Source of the DNA: Lama guanicoe
Taxonomy: Eukaryota
NCBI GenBank assembly: GCA_013239625.1
Contig: MU056050.1
Coordinates: forward strand, 3,768,084-3,832,083
Direction of reading: 5' to 3'
Length of the DNA stretch: 64,000 bases
Part shown: one piece after another, positions 50,390 to 62,952 of the stretch
Layout of the letters: every line of letters begins with the position of its first letter
How positions within the stretch are numbered: the first letter of the stretch is position 1
The notes under the pieces: model-generated
Database searches by the model: none
What the model was told of the DNA's origin: nothing
Seen by the model: the letters and a program-made list of their open reading frames with translations, nothing else
Position numbers and translations under genes: made by a program

Positions 50390-53300
50390 ACTGGATTGAA
50401 ATTGGAAATTATTAATAGAAAGGTGTTTGGAAAATACATAAATATGTGGAAATTAAATAACACATTACTAACTAATGGTGCAAAGTTAACATCCCATGGG
50501 AAAGTTGAATATACTTTGAGATGAATAAAAATGAATACACAACACATGAAAGCTTATGGGATGCATCTAAAGTAGTGCTTAGAGAGATACTTACAGCTGA
50601 AAACACCTATATTAAAAAAGAAAGATCTCAAATCAATAAGGTACTCTTCTACCTAAGACACACACAAAAAAGAAAAGTAAACTAAAGCCAAAGCAAGGAA
50701 AAGGAAAGAAATAATTAGGATAAAAGCATAAAATTAATAAAACAATAGAAACACAATAGAGAAAGTCAATGAAACTAAGTTGGTTCTTTGAAAATATGAA
50801 AACTGATGAAACGTTAGCTGTATTTACCAAGAATAAGAAGATTCAAGTTGCTAATGTCATAAGTGAAAGAGGAAATATTACTGCCACCTTTACATATTTA
50901 TAAAGAATTATAAAGTAATTCTATGAACAACTGTATGCTAACATATTAGATAACTTAGGTAAAATCTACAAATTCCTAGAAAGACACACAATGCCAGAAC
51001 TAACTCAGGAAAAAATGAAAACTGTTAAAAGACCCGTAAGAAATAAAAATATTGAATTAGTAATTCAGAAATTCCCTCAAAAGCACAGGGCCTGATGGTT
51101 TTACTTTTGAATTCTGCCAAATATTGAAAAAAATTAATACGAAATTTTCACAGATTCTTCTAAAAATAGAAGATGAGGTAAATCTCAACTTATTCTGTGA
51201 TGCCAGAATTGCTATTGTACCAAAACCAGATAAAGATATCAAACAAAAAAATAACACTAGAGAGCAATGTCTCCTGTGAATATAGACAGAAAACCCTTCA
51301 ATAACATATAAGCAAATCAAATCAAGCAGTATATGAAAATGATTTATATACCATGACCAAGTAGGATTTGTATCAGCAAAACAAGGTAAATTTAACCTCC
51401 AAAAATTAATTATTGTAATACATCACATCAATAGACTAGGGACAAAGACTACATGATCATCTCAATAGATGCAGCAAATGCTTTTGGCAAAATTTGACAC
51501 CATTTCATCAGGAGGACATTGAATAAACAAAGAATCAGAGGAAACTTCCTAAATTTTTAAAGGGCATCTATTAAAAAACCCACAGATAGCATCATATATA
51601 ATGGTGAAAGATTGAATGGTTTTCCCCTAATAGCAAGAACAAGACCAGGATGTCCACTTTCACCACTGCTGTTTAAAATTGTACTAGAGGTCCTAGCCAT
51701 GGCAAATAGGAAAGAAGAAAAAGAAATAAAATACATCCATATTAAAAATAAATAAAATTATCTCTACTTGAAAATGACATGACTTTGTACATAGATAGTC
51801 CTTAGGAATCATTTAAAAACTATTACAACGAATACACAATTTAAGCAAGGTTCCAGGATTCATGATTAATACAGAAAAATCAGTTATGTTTCTATATAGT
51901 AATGAACAAACCAAAATGAAAACTAAAAAAGCAGTTGCATTTGCAAAGACATATAAAGAATAAAGTTAACAAAAGAAGTACAGGACATATACCTGGAAAT
52001 TATAAAGCATAATTAGAGAAATTAAATATCTAAATAAATGGAATGCTAGCCTGTGTTCATGGTTTGAAATACTTAATATTGTTAAGATGGAAGTACTCCT
52101 CAATTGATCTACAGATTCAATGCAATCCTTTTCAAAATCACAGTTGTCTCTTCTGCAGAAATTAACAAGTTGACCCTAATATTCAAATAGAACCTCAAGG
52201 CATCCATAGCAGTCAAATGAGCTTGAAAACAGACAACAAAGTTGATGGACTCATACTTCCTGATTTCAAAACTTACAAGAAAGCTGCAGTAATCAAGACA
52301 GTATGATACTGGAATAAGGACAAACATACATATCAATGGAATAGAGTAGAGAGTACAAAAATAAATCCATTTATCTATGTCCAGTGATTTTTAGCAAGGG
52401 TATCAAGACAATTCAAGGCGGAAAGAATAGTCTTCAACAAATGGGACAACTGGATATCTATATGCATGAAAATGAAATTGAACCCCTAACTTGTATCATA
52501 TACAAAATTAACTGAAAATGGATCCAAGACCTAAATGTAAGAGCTAAAAGTATAAAACTCTAAGTATAAAACTCTTAGACATAGGTGTGAATCATCATAA
52601 GCTCGGATGAGGCATTTTTTTAAAGATGTGATACCAAAAGCATAAGGAACAAAAGAAAATTAGATTAATTGGATATCATCAAAATTAAAAAAAAACAGAA
52701 CAAAACCTTGCATGTCATAGGACATCATCAAGAATGCGAACAATCCATAGGATGGGTAAAAATATTTGCCAGTTGTATATCTGATAATGGACTTGTACCT
52801 GATTATATAAAGAACTCTTACAACTCAATAAAAGACAAAAAAGAAATTTAAATGATGGGCAAATAATCTGAATAGACATTTCTTTAAAGAAGAGAAATAG
52901 ACAATACACTCATGAAACAGACTCAACATCATTAGACATGAGGAAAATGCAAATAAAAACCACAGTGAGATACCACTTACCCACTAGAATGACTATAATA
53001 AAAGAGACAGATACTAGCAAGTGTTGCTGAGCATATGGAGATATTGGAACCCTTATAGACAACTGATGCTAACATAAAATGCAGCCACTTCTGAAAACAA
53101 TTTGGCAGTTCCTCAAATGATTAAACATAGAGTTAAGATCTGACTCACAAATTCACACCTGGATGTATACTCAAGAAAAATGAAAGTATATATGTCCATG
53201 CAAAATCTTGTCCATAGAAGCCCTATTTATAATAGTCAAAATTTGGAAACAATCCAAATGTCCATCAACTGATGAATGGATAAATAAAATGTAGTATACC

Positions 53301-53690
53301 CATATAATGCAATATCATTCAGGTATAAAAAAGAATAAAGTGCTAATACATGCTACAATATGGATGAATGTTGTAAACATTATGCCAAGTGATGGACGCC
53401 ATACCAGAAGACCATGTATTATATGATTCTGTTTAGTTGAAATGTCTAGGGTAGGCAAGTATATAGGGACAAAAATTAGGTTAGTTGTTGCCTAGAGTTA
53501 CTGGGGTTGTTGGAATGTGGAGTCACTATTAAAGGATATGGGATTTCTCTATAGTGTAATGACAATGTTCTAAAACTTATTTTGGTGATGAATGCATAAT
53601 TCTGTGACTATATTAAAAAACACTCAACTGTATGCTTTAAATAAGTCAGTTTTATGGGATATGACCTAAATCTCAATAAAAATATTAAGG
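50390..53690 (+). mobile_element. L1MB-type ORF2 plus 3' UTR, about 3.3 kb
   Basis: 'tggaaattaaataacaca', 'cttatgggatgcatctaaagtagtgcttagag', 'atgatcatctcaatagatgcagcaaatgctttt', and 3' end 'tctcaataaa'. Confidence 0.93.
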
Positions 53691-54202
53691 GAAAAAATGA
53701 GTAAAAGATACAAAGTTAATAACCAGAAAGTAAATATAAATACCAAATGCATGAAAAAAAAATTAAAACTTATTCCCAAATAAACATAAGTGAAAAAAAT
53801 TTTTTAAAGTTTTAATTAATGCATTTAGATCACCCTGTGCTTGCCAACAAGATTATAAACATTGTCCTGAATTTTAATATTTTGATTGGTGACTTGAATG
53901 AAGGCATAAAAAAATAAGAATTCTCAAATTTAACAGATGAACAACAACAACAAAAAAACAGTTGGAATGGATATTACCAAATTATGTTTGATTAAAAAAA
54001 GTCAATATGCTTCAGTGATGTTTCACTGTTAGTACCATCTTATGTAAAGGAAATAAATCTTAAGTCCTGGCCTTAGATGAGAATGTCAATTGTATGCATA
54101 AAGTATGAAGCAGGGCTGGCTTGATAGACTTCTATGTGACAAAGACCTAGAGGTTTCTGTTTATTATAAGAACAAAATGCTGCTTCAGTGACTTGTGAAT
54201 GC

Positions 54203-54249
54203 AAAAAAAAAAAAAAAAAAAAAACAAAAAAAAAAAAAACAAAAAAAAC
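54203..54249. repeat. Interrupted poly(A) tract A22-C-A14-C-A9
   Basis: Read directly from the sequence. Confidence 0.95.
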
Positions 54250-54391
54250 CTGCACGAATTTAGGGTATTTTATTAATGTCTAGTGTTCTAAACAAGTGAA
54301 AGAAAGAATAGTGTCACAATACTTGACACTGGTCAAACCACATCTTCTATATTATGTTCAGCTCTTGGAACCACACTTTTAAGACTGACAG

Positions 54392-54949
54392 TGTTACGGA
54401 ATGCAAGTTCCTGTGCCCGATGCATAGTGAGGCCAAACAAACAGAAACGTTGGAGTTAGGAGCAGAGAAAGGTTTATGGCAGGACCGAGCAAGGAGAAGG
54501 AATAGCTCAAGCTCAAAAACCCCAATCTCCCTAATGGGTTTCAGGGAGAAGTTTTTAATAGTAAAAATTTGGGGGTGAGGACTGCAGGGTGTGTGACTGT
54601 CTCTGATTGGTTGGTGGTGAGGCAATAGAGCAGTGTTCCAGGAATCCTGTGCTCAGCCTGAAGTTACCACCCTCCACTTGTGTGAGGGCCTTAGTTCCTG
54701 TAGAAGAACTGAAAGATATTGTTATGTGTATCTTTTGAGGAGGAACCAGAATCCTGCTTTAATCACTTCTTGATTGCTCCTTCTTTGTTTTTGCATTCCC
54801 TTACTTCCCTGATTAGCAACTGTTTGAATCTGCCCTTTGGTACTCAGGAAAGGTCTAGGAGGCTGAAGCTTTTATTTTGCAGATCAGAAAGGAGGGACAC
54901 AAAAGGGTTTTGTGCCCAAGAGTGTCCCACAGGGTCTTGCTATGTTTCA
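54392..54949 (-). mobile_element. ERV1 solo LTR, MER41-like laurasiatherian family (name tentative)
   Basis: 'tgttacggaatgcaagttcctgtgcccgatgcatagtgaggccaaacaaac...ggagcagagaaaggttta' ... 'gtttca'; 4-bp TSD acag / acaa; reverse CCAAT 'ctgattggttgg'. Confidence 0.85.
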
Positions 54950-55354
54950 ACAATGACAAACTGAAACGTATCTAGGGTTGGCAAGAATGGTAAAGCATAT
55001 GGAAATGGTATCAGAAAAGGCATGATTGTAGGAACTGCAACCACGGTAGAAAACAGGGAATATAGTACTTGTCTCCAAATATTTGAAGGACTGTCACGTG
55101 GAAAAGGGGTTACATTTATTTTGTGTGGTTTCAGAGGAAAGAACTAGAAGCAGCAAGCAGAAGTTTCATAATGTATTTTGACTCAGTGCAAGAAAACCTT
55201 TCTGTCTATTAAGGCTGTTTAATAATGACTGAGGTATGATGTCATAAGTTCCATTTCAGTGGAAATTTTGAAGCATAGGGTATAAACCTCTCCTTCAATG
55301 ATATTTTAGAGTGGGTTTCTGTATTGGATGGTAGTTGGTGTAAAATATGGAAGA

Positions 55355-55507
55355 CAGTGGTTCTCAAACTTCATAATGAAAAAAAAAGTTTTTAATTAAT
55401 CAGTTGATCAGGGAGTGAACCTTAGGCGTGGAGCCTCAGTGCGTATTGTCTTAATACCACTAGTGATTCTGATACAAATTGTTCAAAGCCTCACTTTGAG
55501 AAACATG
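55355..55507. mobile_element. MER5-type hAT-Charlie element
   Basis: TIRs 'cagtggttctcaaa' ... 'tttgagaaacatg'; internal 'gtgattctgat'. Confidence 0.75.
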
Positions 55508-58500
55508 ACCTAATTTATTATCAAATAATAATATGTAGAATATGTGTTTCTTCTGAAGTGAAAAGAAGAAATTGGCTAAGGAGATTACAGAAATTTTAGC
55601 CATTTCTGAAAATTTCTGTTAAAGTCTTAAAGCCACTAATCTAATAATACCAATTTAACTCATGAAAAATGGTATAACTGTGGGAACAAATTTCATTAGT
55701 GTTCATTAAATACCAGATAAATATACAAAACATTATGTGCAACTTTTAAGTGATATTCATTCCTCTTATTTTTGTGTGTGTTGGAGGAGGGGGGACTTTA
55801 ATTTGCAACAGTGATCAACAGCAACTGTGAGTATATTGTTTGATGTCCTGAAAGTCTCCAATTTATTTTAAACCTTTAATATATTCTAGAGACATTCTTT
55901 CTTTTAAAGGCCTTTTGGCATAACCAGCATTCTTTGAATTATTATAGAACAAATAACTACTGGCAGGTAAATTATTCAGAAGAAATTAAGTGTTACCAGA
56001 GAATTTAAAAAGACCTTTTGCTCTTCCTTCCTCTAAATTTGCAAAAGAAAAGCAACTAAAGAATTGGAAATGAAACTTGAATACTAATATATTACTTATT
56101 CTCATGCTATTTGGAAAAACTCATTCTTTGTATTTCCCTTCATGTTCTTTCTCACCATCATTAGATCTCAAATCAAGGGAAAAATGATTTCTCCCAGTGT
56201 ATTCAGAAAACTACTTGATTAATATCAAGGAAAAGAAATTGTCGAAAACGAAGTTAGTTTTGTCTTTTCGTGCATGTAATCATTTGGGTACTTTGCATCA
56301 CTGTATTTGTCTCTATTTACTCCTTTTTTACTAGTTATGAATAAGAGGCATTTCTCAGGAGTTCCCCTCTTCCATCTACTTCCAAACCTGCTAAGAGTTC
56401 TTGAAGCCGATTTTCTCAACCTCTGTGTGGTGAACCAGTCTCTCAGATTTCTAGGAAGTGCTTGATGATTGCTGATGAGGTATATGAATATGTTAGTTAT
56501 TCCTGAAGGCATTATCCCCAAGGGAGTGACATGGGGACAGAATTTTTGACTCTGGTAAGCCAGTAGAAGAGAGAATTTTGAGCACGGAGACCTTAGGGTT
56601 TTCCTCAAATCATACTATATACCAGTTTGCCCCTGTTAGTTACTCCACCGATAGGTTTGATGAGTCAGGCCTTGTACTGTGAACACCCTCTTTTGGGTAC
56701 TCGTCCTTCCCTATGCTTAGTCAGCACCTGGGCATCTGGCTTTGGTGAGAGCATTCTGTGACTATAAGAAAGTGACAGATTGTTTCAAACCCTAAATACT
56801 TGCTATGACTCTTGCCCACTTACTCACCAAGAAATGACTTCCCCAAGAGTATGAAAGCACATTGGGCACAAAGCCCGCAAATGCATGATCTTTTGTCAAA
56901 TTGGTTTTGGGCCACTGACTTAATGTAGCAACTGAAGCTAGACACTTCCTCCAGAGCCATCAATAGTTCAAAAAGGAATGAGACTATCCCCAAAGCAGAG
57001 CAACTCAACAGTTGCAAGAGAAAATTCCTACCCAAGAGAATGATATAGAATGTGTCATTTTTTTGCATGATCTTTTATAGGGTGATCAAGAGGCTTTCAT
57101 TTAGTGAATACATTTGCTCACTCAGTTTTGGAGAGTCGCCCTTCATTTATTCTTTCCCTTTGGAAGTACTTTCGAGTGCAAATTACTGCTATCAGAAGCC
57201 TTGAACTGAGAGGCTATTATTCTCCTTGCTCAGATTAAATTAATTTTGAACAGTTTAATGCAGCATGTCCGAGCTGCAAGTCCAAGTGGTGTCAAATCTA
57301 TTTCTCTGCTTTTTTAAGCTGCACCTTCAAGGGCAGTATGATTCATGGTGAATGTGTTCTTCTAATGTCTTGCTAAGCGTTATTATTTTCTTTCATTTGC
57401 AAGTCATGAGGCTACAAATGTTAACCATTCTCCTCCTAACATTGTATAAAGAATGCATGATTTAAGCCAGGCTGATTTTCCAAAAGGGAACTTACTACAT
57501 TTACTTGCTTTACAAATGAAATAAAGAAAAAATACTCTGGATCAAAGCAAGAAGTTTAAAAAGCTAATGAAACATTAGAAAGAGAACTGCTTTGGGAAGC
57601 ACTGCAACATCATCACTGTTGTTTTAAAAAGGAATTATCTTGATCTAGGCCTATGTAATAAAATAAAGGAGTTTTAATGATTGGCTATATAATTCTGTTT
57701 GTGTTTTTGCAAAGTTGCAAGAAAAACAAAAACAAAAAAGGATATAAATCTACTTATCTTCTCTCTTCTAGTTCAGGCAATCTACTGTCTCTCCAGTATT
57801 CACTCTATCTAAAGTGTCATTGAAATGTGTGATGAAGTTTTCTCTGTGTTATTGTAGAACAGTCAAAAGAATGCCAATCGATTAATGACAGAGTGGAAGA
57901 TGTGCTTTAAGCAGTTAGAGATTTCAAAACCCTGTCAACCTTGTGTCTGTGTGAAGTACTTAAACTGTACAGTCCAGGACAGTCTTTTCTGCAGCTCTAA
58001 TCACTAGTCTATGGATTAAGCAAATTAATGTTTTAAAGATCTGAATGAAAACTGATGAAAATACTATTTTGTAATCTTTGGAGTTGGGGGGAGGCATAGA
58101 TCAAGGGTATTGTCCTTTCAAAAGCTGGATAAGCGCACTACTCTTGTCATACTACTTGTTTTTTTAACAGATGAAACAGACTTACATGAATCTACTGACT
58201 TTAGAAATGGATAATTGTTACTCACACTTCAAAAGATAAACATAGTAATAATATAATTTTATGACAACATTGCTAAGAGTATTTGAGCCCTTTCTTTATA
58301 TTTCGTCTATGTCAAAACACAAGAATCTGCAAACTTGAGATTTAGCTACCACAGTTGAAGAAAGACATTGTAATGTTGAATAACATGTAGAAAAGCACCA
58401 AAAAAGCCTACAAGAGATTGCGTAGGGGACAGGGGAGGAGAACTAGAGGAGCTGCCATGTGAGTATAGACTAAGAGGATTAAAATTTCATTTTTAAGTAC

Positions 58501-58610
58501 AGAGGCTGAAATCTAAGTCTGTCAGAGAATAAGAGGACAGTGTATATGGGTTTGTAAACTAAATGCTAGAATATCAGAGTTAACGGGCCTCTTTGAAGTT
58601 GGAAGACATT

Positions 58611-58842
58611 AGCAGCATAGTGGAAAGGAACGGTTTCACCATTTCTTAGCTATATTATCTTGATCAAGTTATTTAAGTAATCAGTACCTCTGTTTTCTCA
58701 TTTTAAAATGGGAGTAATAATAATAAGACCTACCTCATAAATTTCTTGTGAGGATTAAATGATTTAATATATGTAAGATACTTAGACCAGTGTTCAGCAC
58801 ATGGTAATCACTATGTAAATATTAACTATTATTATTACTATT
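58611..58842 (+). mobile_element. MIR SINE
   Basis: 'cctctgttttctcattttaaaatggg...acctacctcata...ttgtgaggattaaatga...agcacatggtaa...tattattattact'. Confidence 0.88.
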
Positions 58843-59169
58843 TTAAAAGAAAGTGACTGGATGCAAAATAGTAATCAACATACAGAATTTAATTACCCTA
58901 CAAGGTAGTAGAGAACAAAATGTAACTAGCTCCCACAGCGGTTTAGATTAAAGAATGAAACCTCCGTAATGGCTTACTCAAGCCAGGAATGTTTGGGAAG
59001 TCCAGCTTCTAATGTTGATGTCAAGGGTAACCAGATTTCTTGCTTACTTGTATGTGTCTAGGTTCTCTAGGTTCTTTAGAATTTTATGTAGCTTTGTAGA
59101 AATTTCTTGTGGTGTGAGGAGTCAGCAGGCCTAAATTTTTTTTTTTTTTTTACTGCTTTTGATACATAA

Positions 59170-59335
59170 AAGTTAAATCTTTGGGAAGCTTGTTCAGGTT
59201 TTTAGTTCCTCAGATTCAAAATGAGAATAACTATACCTTTCTCTCTCACAGTGTGTTGTTATGAAGATTAAATCAAATAAGTATGTGAAAGGGCTGTGTA
59301 GATGATGAAGTACTCTACAGATACAAGGTATTATT
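59170..59335 (+). mobile_element. MIR fragment
   Basis: 'ctttgggaag...agttcctcagattcaaaatgagaata...gttgttatgaagattaaatcaaataagtatgtgaaagggct'. Confidence 0.7.
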
Positions 59336-59399
59336 CTCATATTCTGGTCACAGCATCTCATAAAAGGCAGGATGATGCTCTAGCGGATCTAACTTCTAC

Positions 59400-60700
59400 C
59401 TCGTACCTACACAATCCACTTGGGCACTTTTTAGTTCTTTTCTTTCTGTGCTTTCTTGCAGCGCTTGACCCTGTTCACCATTCACTTCTTGAAATTCTTG
59501 AAACTCTTCTATCAGCTCTTCTTGGACACTATTTTTTGCTCCTTCCCTTCCTGTGTTTCTTAATATCCCTTCTCAGTCTGTTTCTATCACTTTTCTTGCT
59601 CCATTAACCCTCCAAATATTTTTACTTTTTTTTGTTATTTTTTACTTTGTCCTTAGAAGGTGGCAAATCATATATATATATATTTGTCAGGGTTCTCCAG
59701 AGAAACAGAACAGGATGTATGTATATACATATGAAGAAACTTACTATAAGGAATTGGCTCACATGATTATAGAGACTGGCAAATCCAAAATCTGCAGGGT
59801 GGGCCAGCAGGCTGGAGACCCAGGAAAGCTGATGCTGCAGTTCGAGTCTGAAGGCCATCTGCTATACAACCAGGAAGAGCTAATGTTGCAAATGAGGTCT
59901 GAAGGCAATTGGCTGGAGATTCTCTCTTGCTCAGAGGAGGATGGTTTTTTATTCTACTCAGGCCTTCAGCTGATTTCATGAGACTGACCTACATTATGGA
60001 CAGCAATTTGCTTTCCTTAAAGTCTACTGATTTAAATATTAATCTCATACCAAAACACCTTCACAGAAATATCCAGAATAACAAATATCTGGGCATCCTG
60101 TAGCTCAGCCACATTGACACATGAAACTAATCATACATTATACAATAAGAGGACTTTGAAACATTACCTCCAGGGCAGACTATTTATTTATTTATGTACT
60201 TTATTCTCACATTTAAATTTCTATCTAGATATCTCCATTTGAATGTCCTCTTAGGAGCATAAATTATGTTCAGATGTGAACTCAACATCTCCCTTCCTCT
60301 ACCCATTCACTCCCCTTCAAAAACCCTGCACCTTTTATCATATTCTCATTCTCAGGTAATGATTCAGAAGTCATACTTGACTTTCTCCTCTCCCTGACTA
60401 ATACACATGTAGTCATCAAGTATTATAGATTCTGCCTCCCACATCATTCTCAGACCTGTATCTTCCCTTATTTATGGTTGATTTGAGTCCTCCAAATCTG
60501 AATTACTATTATTATAGCTATCTACTAATTTGTCATTTTATCTATTATTTACCCCCTCTAATATTTATTGTCTTTCTTAAATTCAGGCATGGTTATGCCA
60601 TCCTTTATTTAAAAGTCTTTAATTACTCTTCATTTTTAATAGTATAAAATATAAAAGTTTTAACCTTCTATATAAGGCTTACTTAATCTAAACTAAATCA
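59400..60700 (+). mobile_element. L2 ORF2 fragments flanking MLT2
   Basis: 'gcagcgcttgaccctgttcaccattcacttcttgaa', 'atatctccatttgaatgtcc', 'agtcatacttgactttctcctctccct'. Confidence 0.7.
59679..60137 (-). mobile_element. ERVL solo LTR (MLT2B/C-like)
   Basis: 'gtcagggttctccagagaaacagaac...aaggaattggctcacatgatt...caaatccaaaatctgcaggg...ctcagccacattgacacatgaaactaatcataca'. Confidence 0.92.
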
Positions 60701-60704
60701 CTAT

Positions 60705-61000
60705 GAGTGACTGCTACTTCTCAACCAGTTATGGCTTTATTTTTACTCTAGTCTCCCTCTCTATAGATAAAATTTAGTAAGTTGCCCAGTCGTAGAATTG
60801 TCCCCTCTTCCTGACAGCACTCAGTACAAAGCAAAGCTTTGCTTTCTTAGACCCTCCACAGTATCATTCAACCAAAGCCCAAATCCCTATCAGAAACTCT
60901 TCCTAACACTTTCTTACTGAAGACATTGCAATGAGTAATAAAGCCAACTTGTTCACCTACAGGTATGTTCCTGGTGGTCTTTGGCTGAAGGGCATTAGCA
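60705..61000 (+). mobile_element. ERV1 LTR 3' part (MER34/MER39-like)
   Basis: 'gcaatgagtaataaagccaacttgttcacctacaggtatgttcctggtggtctttggctgaagggcattagca'. Confidence 0.7.
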
Positions 61001-61918
61001 ATATAGTAGACCTCTTACTGAGCACTTGTATAAAACAAAATTTAATTCTAGTTAAAATTTTCTAAGAAAGTATATAATTTAAGATGAATCCCTTTGTGAA
61101 ATGGGCAGTCACTAATTTACTGATCTGTCTTATAAACAGAAATGTTTATTAAATTTGCTCAAAGTGAGGCCATACCTATGTTTGAATTTCAGTTCAACAA
61201 ATGACTACAAATACCGCCTTGAAAACTTTCTCAGTTTCTTATATACTTCTTGCAAAGATATTACTCATATGGGGGAAATAGGAAGATTCACTGGTAGGGT
61301 CATATGTGTCTCTTTCCCCTAAGACAACAAATCAAATATAATACAAAATACAAATCAAACATTGGATCTGTTAAAACGAAATGAATATAATGATTCTCCA
61401 TACAATATCATTATTTCAAAAGAAGAAAATTCACTAGAAAAATGCATTCTAAGAGCTGAAGACTTTATTTATAGGATACAGTGCTGCACTTTTATTTTTA
61501 AATCAGTCTGTAACTTTTCTGGTTTATTGTCATGAACTATACTAGGCTACAATATTTGTGATATATTTTTTGTTAGTATATGTTGCAAGTTTCTGCTTGT
61601 TAAATTACTGATAAGATTAGTGTACATAAATTAACTTATTCTGGTAAGATTATTATTTGTCCTATTTATTATGTGTATATGTATTCTTATGTTAATATAC
61701 TAGCTATCTTTTAAGGAAAGCATTTTCCCCCAAAATCCAACCAATAGATATTTATTCTTTTACTCAGAACCCATGATAACCGAACCAGCTAATTCTGCCT
61801 AAGAAATGTAAGAAATAGCACACTTAATCTGTTCTTTTTTCCTCATCCCAGTAGCTCCTTTGGGTAGAAATCATCCTGATCTACCATAAAATAAGACAAC
61901 TCTCCACAATTGGAGATG

Positions 61919-61958
61919 CACACACACACACAAATACACACACATACACACACACACA
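61919..61958. repeat. Interrupted (CA)n microsatellite
   Basis: Read directly; it abuts the tail of the minus-strand L1. Confidence 0.9.
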
Positions 61959-61962
61959 TATA

Positions 61963-62510
61963 TTTTAGGTTTTAAAATTGTGGTAAATACACATAACATA
62001 AAATTTACCATCTTAACTATTGTAAAATATATTGCTCAGTACTCTTAAGTATATTCATTTTGTTGTGCAATAGATCTCCAGTTCTTTAACATCTTGCAAA
62101 ACTGAAACTTTCATTTCTGCCCTCTTCCCAGCCCCAGGTAACCACTTGTTATATCTTCTGTTTCTATTAATTTCACTACTTCAGATACCTCATATAGATG
62201 GAATCATATAGTATTTGACTTTTTTGACTGGCTTATTTCAGTTAGCATAATGCCACATAGTAGCATTAGACAAGCTTTCCTTCCTTTTAAAGGCTGAATA
62301 ATATTCCATAGTATGTATATATCACAATTTATTTTCATAAGTTGATGGACATTTGGATGCTTCCACCTCTTGGCTATTGTGAATAATGCTGCTATGAATG
62401 TAGGTATGTAAGTCTCTCTTTGAGACTCTGCTTTCAATTTTTTGGATATATACCTAGAAGTGGGATTGGTAGATCATATAGTAGTTCCATTTATAATTTT
62501 TTGAGTAATG
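61963..62510 (-). mobile_element. L1MB-type 3' end
   Basis: 'ttgtggtaaatacacataacataaaatttaccatcttaac...ttggctattgtgaataatgctgctatgaa...tacctagaagtgggattg'; reverse peptide 'PTFIAALFTIAKRWKHP'. Confidence 0.92.
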
Positions 62511-62917
62511 GATATAGTTTGAACTGCAAAAAAAGTCTATTATAAATAAAATTCTTATAATATTTTTGAGGAAAATGAGCTACTAAATTTTCTTAGAGTT
62601 AGGAAATATGCAGCTTCAAAAATTTTCCTAGTGGAAAGGAACTAAGGCTGGTATATAGAGATGTAAATGGGAACTAGAGACATAGCCAATTATGTTACAT
62701 ACTTGGGAAAGCAAATATGTTACAGCAATTTCTTTACAACTTTCGCTTTCTAAATATGAAACTGTATTTCTTCACGTATATTATAGTAGCCATATTGGGA
62801 ATTTCCTTTTCTTTTCTTTTCTAGCTTTTTCCTTCCAGAAAAATAACAATGCTTTTCATAGTCAAAGCTTTGGCTCTTGCCAGCATAAGTTTTTATTAGG
62901 TGCATTCCTGCTAGTAT

Positions 62918-62952
62918 GGATGATGATGATGATGATGTGTGTGTGTGCGCGC
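62918..62952. repeat. Compound microsatellite (GAT)n(GT)n(GC)n
   Basis: ggatgatgatgatgatgatgtgtgtgtgtgcgcgc. Confidence 0.9.

Larger units (their letters stand above)
53830..55345 (+). mobile_element. CR1/L3 LINE ORF2 3' portion and tail, split by an ERV1 LTR
   Basis: 'tttaatattttgattggtgacttgaatgaaggcata...aaatttaacagatga' (FNIF..DL.EG..KFADD-like), 'ctggtcaaaccacatctt...tatgttcagctcttggaaccacactttt' (LVRPHLEYCVQFWAP-like), 'ctccaaatatttgaaggactgtcacgtggaaaagggg'. Confidence 0.8.

Noticed and set aside
58150..58215. Strong acceptor 'ttgtttttttaacag' (similar ones at about 18660 and 63196)
   Set aside because: No good downstream donor and early stops; such acceptors are common in T-rich DNA.
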